Shown here: piece by piece, positions 1-8,335 of the stretch
How the letters are laid out: every line of letters starts with the position of its first letter
How positions within the stretch are numbered: position 1 is the first letter of the stretch
Notes under the pieces: model-generated
The model's input: only the letters and a program-made list of their open reading frames with translations
Database searches by the model: none
What the model was told of the DNA's origin: nothing
Origin: a virus
Taxonomy: Duplodnaviria; Heunggongvirae; Uroviricota; Caudoviricetes
Length of the DNA stretch: 13,918 nucleotides
Direction: 5' to 3' (one strand)
Virus record (IMG/VR): IMGVR_UViG_2695420480_000007
Program-made: the position numbers and the translations under genes

Positions 1-993
1 TTATGCTAGAGTTGAATATTCTCCATTTCCTCGGTCGGTGAGTGTTAATTCGCGGCCATTTTCTGTAAATGTAATGGCATCCAGCAGGCTTTTTCCTGTT
101 ACAGCTATACCATATCCAAGGTTATCAATCTTTGAACTGTCCTCAGATGATATTGGTATTTGTACAAGCATACCAACAACAAGGCCGTATTTGTTAATTA
201 TAGGGCCACCGCTATTCCCCCCCTTAACCCTAGCATTGAATAATAAAAAGTCTTGTGAATCTAAGTAAGAGTGACCAGAACCAACAATTCGCCCCTTTGA
301 CAGTCGGACAAACGAATTTATATGCGAAACGTCATATAACTTTAATGCATCAAATCCTGGAATGGGTGGAAATCCTATTGATAAAATTTCATCCAGTACC
401 GAGGCTTTGGTTGAGACCTTAAGTGGTTGAATATTATCTTCATTCGGAATGGTTGTGAAAACTAAAGCGATATCAATACGTTCATCGTTAGATACAAAGA
501 TTTTATGTATTGGTAAAGCCTCACCACCAGCTCTAAGTATCCTGATACTCTTCATGTCTTCAATAACATGTCTGGCTGTAAATATCGTGTGGTTATTCCC
601 AACAATAAAACTAGTACCAAGATCATGTGAACCATCACTTTTTTCAACAACAACAGGTAAAACGGAAGGACTAAGGCGGTCTATGATTGACTCAAATCCA
701 TCAGCTATAAAATCATACTTTCCATATTTCGCATCTGATTCATTGAAATTCGGTGCGAAATAGCAACGGTCAAAAAGAGTATGTCCTGAAGACAATTCCA
801 TTAAAATACCTTCAGTTGCTAGCTTTTCACAATTGCGTATTAACTTCATCATATCGAGAGTATTTTCCCACTCAGGTTTGAGACGGGTCAGGCTCTCAAT
901 TGTTTTTCTCTCTTTTACGTTATCGTTTTCCGGTTTGTCATAAAAATATTTCACTATTTCTGTTGGTGTTACATATGTTTTTTTTATAGTCAT
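1..993 (-). CDS. Trypsin-like (S1/chymotrypsin-fold) serine protease with an N-terminal domain of about 115 aa of unknown function
   Basis: Track ORF 1..1047(-) starts at a GTG with no SD; first in-frame ATG is at 993 (MTIKK...) with a weak GGG 7 nt upstream, so 993 is preferred and 1047 is the alternative. Ordered motifs TARHV (His), DIALV (Asp), GNSGGP (Ser) fit an S1 catalytic triad. Stop TAA at 1-3, so the gene is complete in the window. AT-rich. Confidence 0.7.
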   Translation of the reverse strand: MTIKKTYVTPTEIVKYFYDKPENDNVKERKTIESLTRLKPEWENTLDMMKLIRNCEKLATEGILMELSSGHTLFDRCYFAPNFNESDAKYGKYDFIADGFESIIDRLSPSVLPVVVEKSDGSHDLGTSFIVGNNHTIFTARHVIEDMKSIRILRAGGEALPIHKIFVSNDERIDIALVFTTIPNEDNIQPLKVSTKASVLDEILSIGFPPIPGFDALKLYDVSHINSFVRLSKGRIVGSGHSYLDSQDFLLFNARVKGGNSGGPIINKYGLVVGMLVQIPISSEDSSKIDNLGYGIAVTGKSLLDAITFTENGRELTLTDRGNGEYSTLA

Positions 994-1410
994 TTTTGTA
1001 CCCGCGATGACGTTATTCCATATATTTTTCTTTGTAGAAAATATCACTATTGCTGGTAAATGTTAAGTTCAGTGCTCGCACTAAAGCTGGATGATCAACG
1101 TCGCCCTCGTATGGAAATCAGGTAAGATTCATGTCTACTTGGGGTCTAGGGTAGACAGCATAAAAACGTACAATAGCGTTCGATTGGCTCTCACCCCCGC
1201 CTATAAACCATGAGGTTGATAGGGTAGTATCGTTAGGCAATAGTATACATGTAAGTATCCAACCTAATTGGTCTTGAGATTTCTAACTAACGTGTCGTTA
1301 TGTCCGCTTTTGGCACATAGCAGCCCCAGAGACAGTGGTGTAAAGTCATGGAGGGTCGGTGGGAGGATATTCAGTTTCATTCATGCCGAAATACGGTAAA
1401 ATCTATAATA

Positions 1411-1514
1411 GATGGAAATCATTCAATACTCGCACTATCGAAAGTCCACCATCCAGCCGCAGCAAGTTCTTGCATACGACGTGTCAGCGGGTTCAACTCC
1501 CGCCAGCTCCACCA
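1411..1514 (+). repeat. Copy 1 of a paralogous non-coding element of about 80 nt; its last 28 nt (1487..1514) match the tmRNA (ssrA) 3' end including a GGTTCAANTCC T-loop and CCA
   Basis: Ungapped alignment of 1411..1490 against 4081..4160 gives 68/80 identities. 1487..1514 = gcgggttcaactcccgccagctccacca, which I recall as the 3' terminus of E. coli tmRNA (from memory, not searched). Confidence 0.5.
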
Positions 1515-1639
1515 ATCATGATTGGACGGTGTAAGGACAACACCAACAAAAACAGGATGTTAGCAGTCTCAGCAGGACACCGACCAGACGGTGAGGAGAC
1601 AAAAAAGGATACGCAAAGGAGCCGCAGCTCCCGAGTGAT

Positions 1640-1669
1640 AAAAAAGCCCGCTTATGCGGGCTTTTTTTT
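1640..1669. terminator. Bidirectional intrinsic terminator
   Basis: aaaaaa-GCCCGC-ttat-GCGGGC-tttttttt: 6-bp GC stem, 4-nt loop, A-run 5' and T-run 3', so it reads as a terminator on both strands. It lies 10 bp past the Bro-N stop on the minus strand. Confidence 0.65.
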
Positions 1670-1678
1670 CCCTCAAGC

Positions 1679-2440
1679 TCACTGACGTGTTCTTGCCTCA
1701 ACTACTTTCTGGTATATAGCGATAGCTTCATCAACCAAAGCTAATGGATAGCAAGAATTTATATTCAATCCGGAGGGGCACTTAATTCTTTCTGCTCCAC
1801 GTTCACTACGCAATTTTTCACACCATTGCCAAAGCTCCTCAACCGAATAGGTATCCAAACCTAACTCCATCAATCGTTGAGGAACACTTCTGAACTGAGA
1901 CAAATCTCTTAAACTTTCTAACGAGTTAACTTTTAGTTCAACTTGGTTTACTCTACTTTCTAACTCTTCACGTTTTTCTATTTCCATTACCAATGCTTGA
2001 ACCGTCTGCTGCAGACTGTTAGCAAAAGCACTCAGTTCTGAACGTTCTTGCTTAGGTGGCGGAGGATATACACCAAATTCACGAATAGACGGAAGGACCT
2101 GATGAAAAAGCCAGCGTTGGAATTTTTTCCCCGCAGCAGTAGTATCCTGAGCAAGTACTCTATATAGACCTGGTTCAGTAAGAAATACCTCAGAGATAGT
2201 TTCACCATCCACGACAAGAGAAACATTCCTAAACTCATCTGGATCTAAAGTTTTTATTACCGCTCTTATTACAGTGAGCAAGCTTTGAGAAGTCTTTCCA
2301 TCCAGTTTTCTGTTCTCAGCAGAAAGCGTTCTTAGCACATCTGAAAGTGAAACAAAAATCTGCCCTTTTTCATTCATGCTACGGATATAATTTTCTCCAC
2401 ACTCTCCTTCGTAGCATAATTGTAACAAATTCTTTTGCAC
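1679..2440 (-). CDS. Bro-N domain protein (phage antirepressor-like) with coiled-coil middle and C-terminal domain
   Basis: 253-aa ORF. N-terminal region (…IFVSLSDVLRTL…EPGLYRVLAQDTTAAGKKFQRWLFHQVLPSIREFG) has the Bro-N pattern. GTG start at 2440 preceded by AAGGAGGGG with 7-nt spacing; the nearby ATG is out of frame. Confidence 0.65.
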   Translation of the reverse strand: MQKNLLQLCYEGECGENYIRSMNEKGQIFVSLSDVLRTLSAENRKLDGKTSQSLLTVIRAVIKTLDPDEFRNVSLVVDGETISEVFLTEPGLYRVLAQDTTAAGKKFQRWLFHQVLPSIREFGVYPPPPKQERSELSAFANSLQQTVQALVMEIEKREELESRVNQVELKVNSLESLRDLSQFRSVPQRLMELGLDTYSVEELWQWCEKLRSERGAERIKCPSGLNINSCYPLALVDEAIAIYQKVVEARTRQ

Positions 2441-2463
2441 GCCATCCCCTCCTTTTTTTATGG

Positions 2464-2491
2464 ATTATACATCCTATAAACATGTTGTCAC
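2464..2491 (-). promoter_or_regulatory. Putative sigma70 promoter for the Bro-N gene
   Basis: On the minus strand: -35 GTGACA (plus 2486..2491), 16-nt spacer, -10 TATAAT (plus 2464..2469), followed by the SD and GTG start. Confidence 0.4.
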
Positions 2492-2718
2492 CGAAAGGGA
2501 AAAGCATAAACCCAATTTATGTTCCACAAGATGTTCAAAAATCAAACAACCATATAGCTGAGGAGCACAAAAGAGCAAAAGTTTACCAACCCCATATATC
2601 CATACAGCACATAAAATTGACACTACATATGGTATTTTTTAAGTTACGCCTTGCACCATTTCATGATTTTATGTAGATTGTCATCACACGCTGAGATTAA
2701 AAAATTCTACAATTTTTG

Positions 2719-2747
2719 TTGATCTTGAGTTTGGTTTTTAGTATAAG
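2719..2747 (+). promoter_or_regulatory. Putative sigma70 promoter for the XRE/ImmA operon
   Basis: -35 TTGATC (2719..2724), 17-nt spacer, -10 TATAAG (2742..2747), then SD AGGAGG (2762..2767) and ATG at 2774. Confidence 0.45.
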
Positions 2748-2773
2748 TGAGCATGGATTGTAGGAGGCGCAAC

Positions 2774-3124
2774 ATGGTAACTAGCTTTGGTAAGACTCTC
2801 AGAAAAATGAGAATAGACCGGGGTATGGTGCTCAAAAATATGGCTGATCTGTTAGGCGTTAGTTCGGCTTACTTATCCGCCATTGAATTAGGCAAAAGAG
2901 CTATACCGGACTCATTAGTAAATACGATTGCAACAACTTTTGAGCTTAGCGGACAAGACATCATCAATCTCAAGAAACAGGCAGAGATTTCTCAACCGTC
3001 CATTAAGGTTGATATGTCGGATGCAAATGAGCAGAACAAAGAACTAATGCTTGTTTTTGCTCGTAAATTTAAGGACCTGAGTCCAGAGCAACTCGATAAG
3101 CTTAATAAAATGTTAAAGGACTGA
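2774..3124 (+). CDS. XRE-family (Cro/CI-type) helix-turn-helix transcriptional regulator
   Basis: Track ORF 2747..3124; the likely start is ATG 2774, 6 nt after a perfect AGGAGG. HTH signature FGKTLRKMRIDRGMVLKNMADLLGVSSAYLSAIELGKR. Confidence 0.8.
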   Translation: MVTSFGKTLRKMRIDRGMVLKNMADLLGVSSAYLSAIELGKRAIPDSLVNTIATTFELSGQDIINLKKQAEISQPSIKVDMSDANEQNKELMLVFARKFKDLSPEQLDKLNKMLKD

Positions 3125-3127
3125 ATA

Positions 3128-3661
3128 ATGATTGCGAAACGAGAACTTGGCCATCGCGTTTCACCTCTCAGCACCAGCATGATTAAATCATACGCTCATC
3201 GTCTGAGAGACGTTCTTCAGATATCAAATCACACATATCTGAGACTGGATGTATTACTAGAAGGTCTTATGGCCTCAGAAAGCATTGAGCTAGAAATTGT
3301 TGAAGATCATGAACTGCCCAAACGCTATGCAGTGACTTATCCAGATAAGAACAAAATTGTTTTACAGCGATCTGTTTACGATGCAGTGTGCAATGGTGAG
3401 AACCATGCGAGATTCACTGTTGCGCATGAACTTGGTCATTTAGTCATGCATCGCAATCAAAGTATCTATGCACGTAATAAGACTAGTGGAGGGCATAAAA
3501 TCTATGAAGACAGCGAATGGCAAGCAGATGTTTTTGCAAGCCACTTCTTAATTGACTCAAGACTAGTTTTGCCCACAATGACTGTTGAAGATATAAGCAA
3601 AACATTTGGTGTCAGTCAACAAGCGGCTGAAACTTGGATGAGAAAAAATGCAAAAAGATAA
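3128..3661 (+). CDS. ImmA/IrrE-family (COG2856-like) zinc metallopeptidase
   Basis: 177-aa ORF starting 4 nt after the XRE stop (operonic). HEXXH motif in FTVAHELGHLVMH with downstream SEWQADVFASHFL, typical of ImmA/IrrE anti-repressor proteases. Confidence 0.8.
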   Translation: MIAKRELGHRVSPLSTSMIKSYAHRLRDVLQISNHTYLRLDVLLEGLMASESIELEIVEDHELPKRYAVTYPDKNKIVLQRSVYDAVCNGENHARFTVAHELGHLVMHRNQSIYARNKTSGGHKIYEDSEWQADVFASHFLIDSRLVLPTMTVEDISKTFGVSQQAAETWMRKNAKR

Positions 3662-3668
3662 CGAAAAA

Positions 3669-3691
3669 GCCAGCGAACCGCTGTCGCTGGC
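3669..3691 (+). other. Hairpin just after the ImmA stop; possible weak terminator or protein-binding palindrome
   Basis: GCCAGCG-aaccgctgt-CGCTGGC: 7-bp stem, 9-nt loop, but no clear T-run after it. Confidence 0.3.
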
Positions 3692-3786
3692 TTCTCCTAT
3701 CGTAAGCAAATACGAAAAACTTGGCGGTTGTGAGTATACGCTTACCTTAGGTTTTGTCAACAGCGAAACTTTACAGGTAACACGAT

Positions 3787-3930
3787 ATGACCATTGAAAA
3801 AGCTGTATCTGAGGAATACATCACAATTTACCGTCCTTTTATTACGGTCAAAGGTAAACGGATCTTTGCTCGTCAAAAAGGCTTGGCAGCCTTTCCTATC
3901 AAAATTCCTGCCTCTAAGTATCGAGGATAA
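3787..3930 (+). CDS. Small hypothetical basic protein (47 aa), possible micro-gene
   Basis: ATG directly after an in-frame stop (3778..3780); weak AGGT 9 nt upstream; followed by a terminator hairpin. Below the ORF-track length cutoff. No recognisable domain. Confidence 0.25.
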   Translation: MTIEKAVSEEYITIYRPFITVKGKRIFARQKGLAAFPIKIPASKYRG

Positions 3931-3944
3931 TCTTTGCTAATCTT

Positions 3945-3970
3945 AGGCCCTTTTCTAGGGCCTTTTATTA
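3945..3970 (+). terminator. Intrinsic terminator-like hairpin
   Basis: AGGCCC-ttttcta-GGGCCT followed by TTTTATT. Confidence 0.4.
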
Positions 3971-4079
3971 CACTTCTGTTACGCGCACCACAGATAGAGT
4001 TTCAGCTAAAACTTTTGTTCATACCTAGGAGTCTGCTGACGAGTGGTTTGTTCACTAATAAACACGTAAAAACGGTAAC

Positions 4080-4165
4080 GGCTGGACATCATTCAATATT
4101 CGCACTATTGGAAGTTCACCAGCCAGCCACAGCACGTTCTTGCATACAACGTGCCTGCGGTTTTT
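4080..4165 (+). repeat. Copy 2 of the paralogous element of about 80 nt
   Basis: 85% ungapped identity to 1411..1490. Flanking stem GGCTGG (4080..4085) / CCAGCC (4119..4124) corresponds to GATGG/CCATC in copy 1, which is one compensatory A-T to C-G change. Confidence 0.5.
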
Positions 4166-4255
4166 GAGACCGGTCCGATCATCAAACGAAACATAAAATT
4201 AGCTCACACTATGAGGAAAAGTATCTTTTTTTACTATGTAAATTCAAAGGATTAG

Positions 4256-5125
<870 letters not shown>

Positions 5126-5147
5126 GTCTTTAAGTGATAAGCATAAA

Positions 5148-5186
5148 CCGCAGCACGATCTTCTTGCATACGACGTGCTACGGTTT
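5148..5186 (+). repeat. Copy 3 (shortened) of the paralogous element, between the GIY-YIG stop and the invertase stop
   Basis: ccgcagcacgatcttcttgcatacgacgtgctacggttt aligns with the core of copies 1 and 2. It contains a potential 6-bp stem AGCACG/CGTGCT. A mirrored copy lies at 8275..8313 inside the inverted duplication. Confidence 0.45.
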
Positions 5187-5740
5187 CATTTATCTCCGAC
5201 CGGAAACTTCTTATACAGTGTCGATATACCAACATCATAGATGATCGCCACCTTCTGGCGAGGAACGCCTGATGCAATTAATCGCCCGGCCTGCGCCCAT
5301 TGTTCTGGTGTAAGTTTGGGACGACGTCCCCCAATTCGTCCCTGTGCGCGAGCAGCTTCCAGTCCAGCTTTTGTTCGTTCAACAATCAGTTCTCGTTCCA
5401 TTTCAGCCAAGGCACCCATCACATGAAAGAAAAAACGCCCCATCGGTGTGCTGGTATCAATAGCATCCGTCAGGCTGCGAAAATTAACGCCACGTTCGCG
5501 CAACTCCTCAACCAGAATGACCAGATGCCGCATACTACGCCCCAGCCGATCCAGCTTCCAGACAACCAGAGTGTCACCTGCCGATAATGTCCTGAGCAGT
5601 TTTTTCAGTCCCGGCCTTTCGGACTTTGTACCGCTTATCTTGTCTTCAAAAATAAGCTCGCATCCTGCACAGTTCAGCGCATTACGTTGTAGATCTGTGT
5701 TCTGGTCATTTGTTGATACGCGTACATAGCCAATAAGCAT
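5186..5740 (-). CDS. Serine recombinase, DNA invertase of the Pin/Gin/Hin/Cin (Din) family, copy 1
   Basis: Track ORF 5186..5776; the likely start is the internal Met giving MLIGYVRVSTNDQ… (184 aa, the Din-invertase length), with catalytic-Ser region YVRVST and a C-terminal HTH. 100% identical to copy 2. Confidence 0.85.
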   Translation of the reverse strand: MLIGYVRVSTNDQNTDLQRNALNCAGCELIFEDKISGTKSERPGLKKLLRTLSAGDTLVVWKLDRLGRSMRHLVILVEELRERGVNFRSLTDAIDTSTPMGRFFFHVMGALAEMERELIVERTKAGLEAARAQGRIGGRRPKLTPEQWAQAGRLIASGVPRQKVAIIYDVGISTLYKKFPVGDK

Positions 5741-5794
5741 GGTAGATCCCCCTGACAAAAGCAGGAATGATGCCATTTGCTCGTTATTTCTGCA

Positions 5795-5820
5795 TTTTCA
5801 TAAATGTTGGTTTGGGAGAA
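5795..5820. other. 26-bp Din-invertase crossover site (hix/gix-like), site 1
   Basis: TTTTCATAAATG-TT-GGTTTGGGAGAA; the inner half-site is the reverse complement of TTCTCCCAAACC. Exact inverted copy of site 2; the duplication boundary falls at its central dinucleotide. Confidence 0.5.
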
Positions 5821-6288
5821 GGTTCGGCATTACCCGTTGGTGTGCCTGTTCCGTGGCCTTCCGCCACTCCGCCAACAGGCTGGCTGAAATGCAACGGCGC
5901 GGCTTTCTCTGCTGAAGAATACCCGGAACTGGCAAAGGCTTATCCAACAAATAAATTACCTGATTTACGCGGTGAGTTTATTCGTGGCTGGGATGACGGG
6001 CGCGGTATTGATGCAGGACGTGTTTTATTGAGTATTCAGGCCGGAATGCTGGAAAAGCACCGTCATCCTGTTGTCGCCAACGATGGGTATGACTCAAAAG
6101 AGGAATGGGAACTGGCGACAATCTTCAGAAGAGCATATACGCAAGGCAGGGGGCTTGATGCTGCCGCTGCCGGAGGGAGTCTGATCCCATCACCGACACT
6201 TCATTCACGAGGGAGTATCGGTAATACTGGCGGGAGTGAAACCCGTCCACGAAATATTGCATTTAACTTTATCGTGAGGGCTGCATAA
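5809..6288 (+). CDS. Silent tail-fibre C-terminal variable cassette (Sv'), start-less in the current orientation
   Basis: Track ORF 5767..6288; its first 18 aa are read-through across the crossover site. The cassette (…GWLKCNGAAFSAEEYPELAKAYP…LPDLRGEFIRGWDDGRGID…) resembles Mu/P1/e14-type fibre C-terminal domains. Its stop overlaps the tfa' start (TAATG). Confidence 0.6.
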   Translation, partial: GLGEGSALPVGVPVPWPSATPPTGWLKCNGAAFSAEEYPELAKAYPTNKLPDLRGEFIRGWDDGRGIDAGRVLLSIQAGMLEKHRHPVVANDGYDSKEEWELATIFRRAYTQGRGLDAAAAGGSLIPSPTLHSRGSIGNTGGSETRPRNIAFNFIVRAA

Positions 6289-6890
6289 TGGATAACGCCG
6301 TATTAAATAGCGAGCTTATTGCCACGAAGGCGGGGAATATTACCGTCTATAACTATGATGGTGAAACTCGGGAATATATGTCTACTTCAAATGAATATCT
6401 TGCCATTGGTGTCGGTATCCCTGCATATTCCTGTTTAGATGCCCCTGGCACACATAAGGCGGGTTATGCTATCTGCCGTTCGATTGATTTAAACTCATGG
6501 GAATATGTGCCAGACCATCGCGGTGAAATCGTCTATAACACCGAAACGAGAGACGCCAAAGAAATCACAGCTCCGGGTGATTATCCTGAAAATACAACCA
6601 CTATCGCCCCGTTAACGCCATACGATAAATGGGATGGTAAGAAATGGGTGACCGATACTGAGGCACAGCATAGCGCCGCAGTAGAAGCGGCAGAAGCACA
6701 GCGCCAGTTGCTGATTGATGCTGCTATGGCTTCCATCAGTCTGATTCAGCTGAAATTGCAGGCCGGGCGGAAGCTGACGCAGGCAGAAATCACCCGCCTT
6801 AACGCTGTACTGGATTACATTGACGCGGTGACGGCAACAAATACCAGCACAGCGCCGGATGTCATCTGGCCTGAATTGCCGGAGGCGTAG
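6288..6890 (+). CDS. Tail fibre assembly protein (Tfa', 200 aa; U'-like)
   Basis: 200-aa ORF translationally coupled to Sv'; Tfa-like composition and C-terminus. Converges on and overlaps the opposite-strand tfa by 29 nt, as in Mu G and e14 P segments. Confidence 0.75.
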   Translation: MDNAVLNSELIATKAGNITVYNYDGETREYMSTSNEYLAIGVGIPAYSCLDAPGTHKAGYAICRSIDLNSWEYVPDHRGEIVYNTETRDAKEITAPGDYPENTTTIAPLTPYDKWDGKKWVTDTEAQHSAAVEAAEAQRQLLIDAAMASISLIQLKLQAGRKLTQAEITRLNAVLDYIDAVTATNTSTAPDVIWPELPEA

Positions 6891-7293
6891 GCCATTCAAT
6901 ATCTGGATCACTGGAGGTATCAATCAGTTCCAGTGCGTCCAGATAATCCAGCCACAGATTATATTGCGCCAGTTCCTCGCCTTTCAGACGACCAATAGCG
7001 GCTTTACCGGGCCATTGCTTACTGTTCATGTATTCGTTGGCCTGATTAACTAATCGCTGTTTATTTGATTCAGCGATTGTGATTAATTCTTCGCTGGTAA
7101 GTGGTGGCGCATCCTGCCATATTGGAAAACCATTTTTATCTGAACCAAGTATTTTACCATCAGGCCATGCAACTCCTGCGAACTCAGAATAAATAGTAAA
7201 GTTTATTTTCGTAGCGTTCTCAGGAATGGTTTGGCTATCTGGTGAAATATAAAACCCCGAATCAGAGGGATTAAAATAATATGTCTTTTCCAT
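6862..7293 (-). CDS. Tail fibre assembly protein (Tfa, 143 aa; U-like), copy A
   Basis: 143-aa ORF, identical to 8700..9131. ATG 2 nt after the stop of the upstream Sv cassette. Confidence 0.75.
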   Translation of the reverse strand: MEKTYYFNPSDSGFYISPDSQTIPENATKINFTIYSEFAGVAWPDGKILGSDKNGFPIWQDAPPLTSEELITIAESNKQRLVNQANEYMNSKQWPGKAAIGRLKGEELAQYNLWLDYLDALELIDTSSDPDIEWPTPPAIQAR

Positions 7294-7295
7294 AG

Positions 7296-7653
7296 TTAAT
7301 ACCCCACAGCCATCCAGTAAATTGAATTTGTTGTAGCAGAAGTGTAAGTAAATCTGATTTTAGTTCTGTTGGTACTTCCAATATCAAAGCCCACAGAACG
7401 GGCAGAAGGATCATTAGTTGAAATAAGAGCATTTACCGAACGACAAGCCGCAGGGAAAGCTACAGGTAATGTTATATCAACTGTTCCAACACTTCCTCCG
7501 GTTGGTGAGACAGAAAAACTCCCCCATTGAATAATCATCCCCCCAGGTAATTTCTGGTATCCATTGGCGGTCAATGAGTTACCAAAGCTGTTCATATCCG
7601 GTACCTGATTTTCTCCTGTCCCCACATTCCTTTTTGCTGCTTCTCCCAAACCA
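7296..7653 (-). CDS. Tail-fibre variable cassette Sv, duplicate copy not fused to a constant region (silent)
   Basis: Track ORF 7296..7694; identical to the C-terminal 118 aa of the stf gene at 9134..9781. Here the sequence upstream of the site is the invertase leader, not the fibre constant region. Confidence 0.6.
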
Positions 7654-7666
7654 ACATTTATGAAAA
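7641..7666. other. 26-bp Din-invertase crossover site, site 2
   Basis: TTCTCCCAAACC-AA-CATTTATGAAAA. The left half plus central AA (7641..7654) is identical to site 3 (9479..9492); the right half is identical to the outer half of site 1. Confidence 0.5.
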
Positions 7667-7720
7667 TGCAGAAATAACGAGCAAATGGCATCATTCCTGC
7701 TTTTGTCAGGGGGATCTACC

Positions 7721-8275
7721 ATGCTTATTGGCTATGTACGCGTATCAACAAATGACCAGAACACAGATCTACAACGTAATGCGCTGAACTGTGCAGGATG
7801 CGAGCTTATTTTTGAAGACAAGATAAGCGGTACAAAGTCCGAAAGGCCGGGACTGAAAAAACTGCTCAGGACATTATCGGCAGGTGACACTCTGGTTGTC
7901 TGGAAGCTGGATCGGCTGGGGCGTAGTATGCGGCATCTGGTCATTCTGGTTGAGGAGTTGCGCGAACGTGGCGTTAATTTTCGCAGCCTGACGGATGCTA
8001 TTGATACCAGCACACCGATGGGGCGTTTTTTCTTTCATGTGATGGGTGCCTTGGCTGAAATGGAACGAGAACTGATTGTTGAACGAACAAAAGCTGGACT
8101 GGAAGCTGCTCGCGCACAGGGACGAATTGGGGGACGTCGTCCCAAACTTACACCAGAACAATGGGCGCAGGCCGGGCGATTAATTGCATCAGGCGTTCCT
8201 CGCCAGAAGGTGGCGATCATCTATGATGTTGGTATATCGACACTGTATAAGAAGTTTCCGGTCGGAGATAAATGA
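7721..8275 (+). CDS. Serine recombinase, DNA invertase of the Pin/Gin/Hin/Cin family, copy 2
   Basis: Track ORF 7685..8275; ATG 7721 preceded by AGGGGG 8 nt upstream. Identical to copy 1 in inverted orientation. Confidence 0.85.
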   Translation: MLIGYVRVSTNDQNTDLQRNALNCAGCELIFEDKISGTKSERPGLKKLLRTLSAGDTLVVWKLDRLGRSMRHLVILVEELRERGVNFRSLTDAIDTSTPMGRFFFHVMGALAEMERELIVERTKAGLEAARAQGRIGGRRPKLTPEQWAQAGRLIASGVPRQKVAIIYDVGISTLYKKFPVGDK

Positions 8276-8313
8276 AACCGTAGCACGTCGTATGCAAGAA
8301 GATCGTGCTGCGG
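8275..8313 (-). repeat. Inverted copy of element copy 3
   Basis: Reverse complement of 5148..5186, lying within the 985-bp inverted duplication. Confidence 0.45.
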
Positions 8314-8335
8314 TTTATGCTTATCACTTAAAGAC

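Larger units (their letters stand above)
6787..7654. repeat. First copy of an 868-bp direct duplication (tfa' 3' end, tfa, Sv cassette, half crossover site)
   Basis: Identical to 8625..9492 (offset 1838 bp). Confidence 0.9.

Noticed and set aside
1359-1685. 108-aa plus-strand ORF, and the similar 77-aa ORF at 3934..4167
   Set aside because: They run through the repeated elements and the terminator hairpin. The two paralogous regions are read in different frames, and where a frame is shared substitutions are mostly non-synonymous, so they are likely non-coding.
2032-2676. ORFs 2032..2238(-) and 2347..2676(+)
   Set aside because: The first is inside the Bro-N gene in another frame; the second spans the divergent promoter region and is antisense to the Bro-N start, with AT-rich low-complexity translation.
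5241-5729. Three track ORFs (61, 95, 93 aa) on the plus strand inside the invertase gene, mirrored at 7732..8220
   Set aside because: They are antisense to a well-supported, conserved invertase CDS and have no RBS or domains. They appear twice only because of the inverted duplication.
5767-5808. N-terminal 18 aa (MMPFARYFCIFINVGLGE) of track ORFs 5767..6288 and 7296..7694
   Set aside because: This is read-through across the crossover site into the invertase leader; the fibre cassettes have no start of their own and are silent unless fused to the constant region by inversion.
6612-7053. 103-aa and 64-aa ORFs antisense to the tfa genes, repeated at 8697..8891
   Set aside because: Antisense overlap with tfa genes; duplicated only through the direct repeat.
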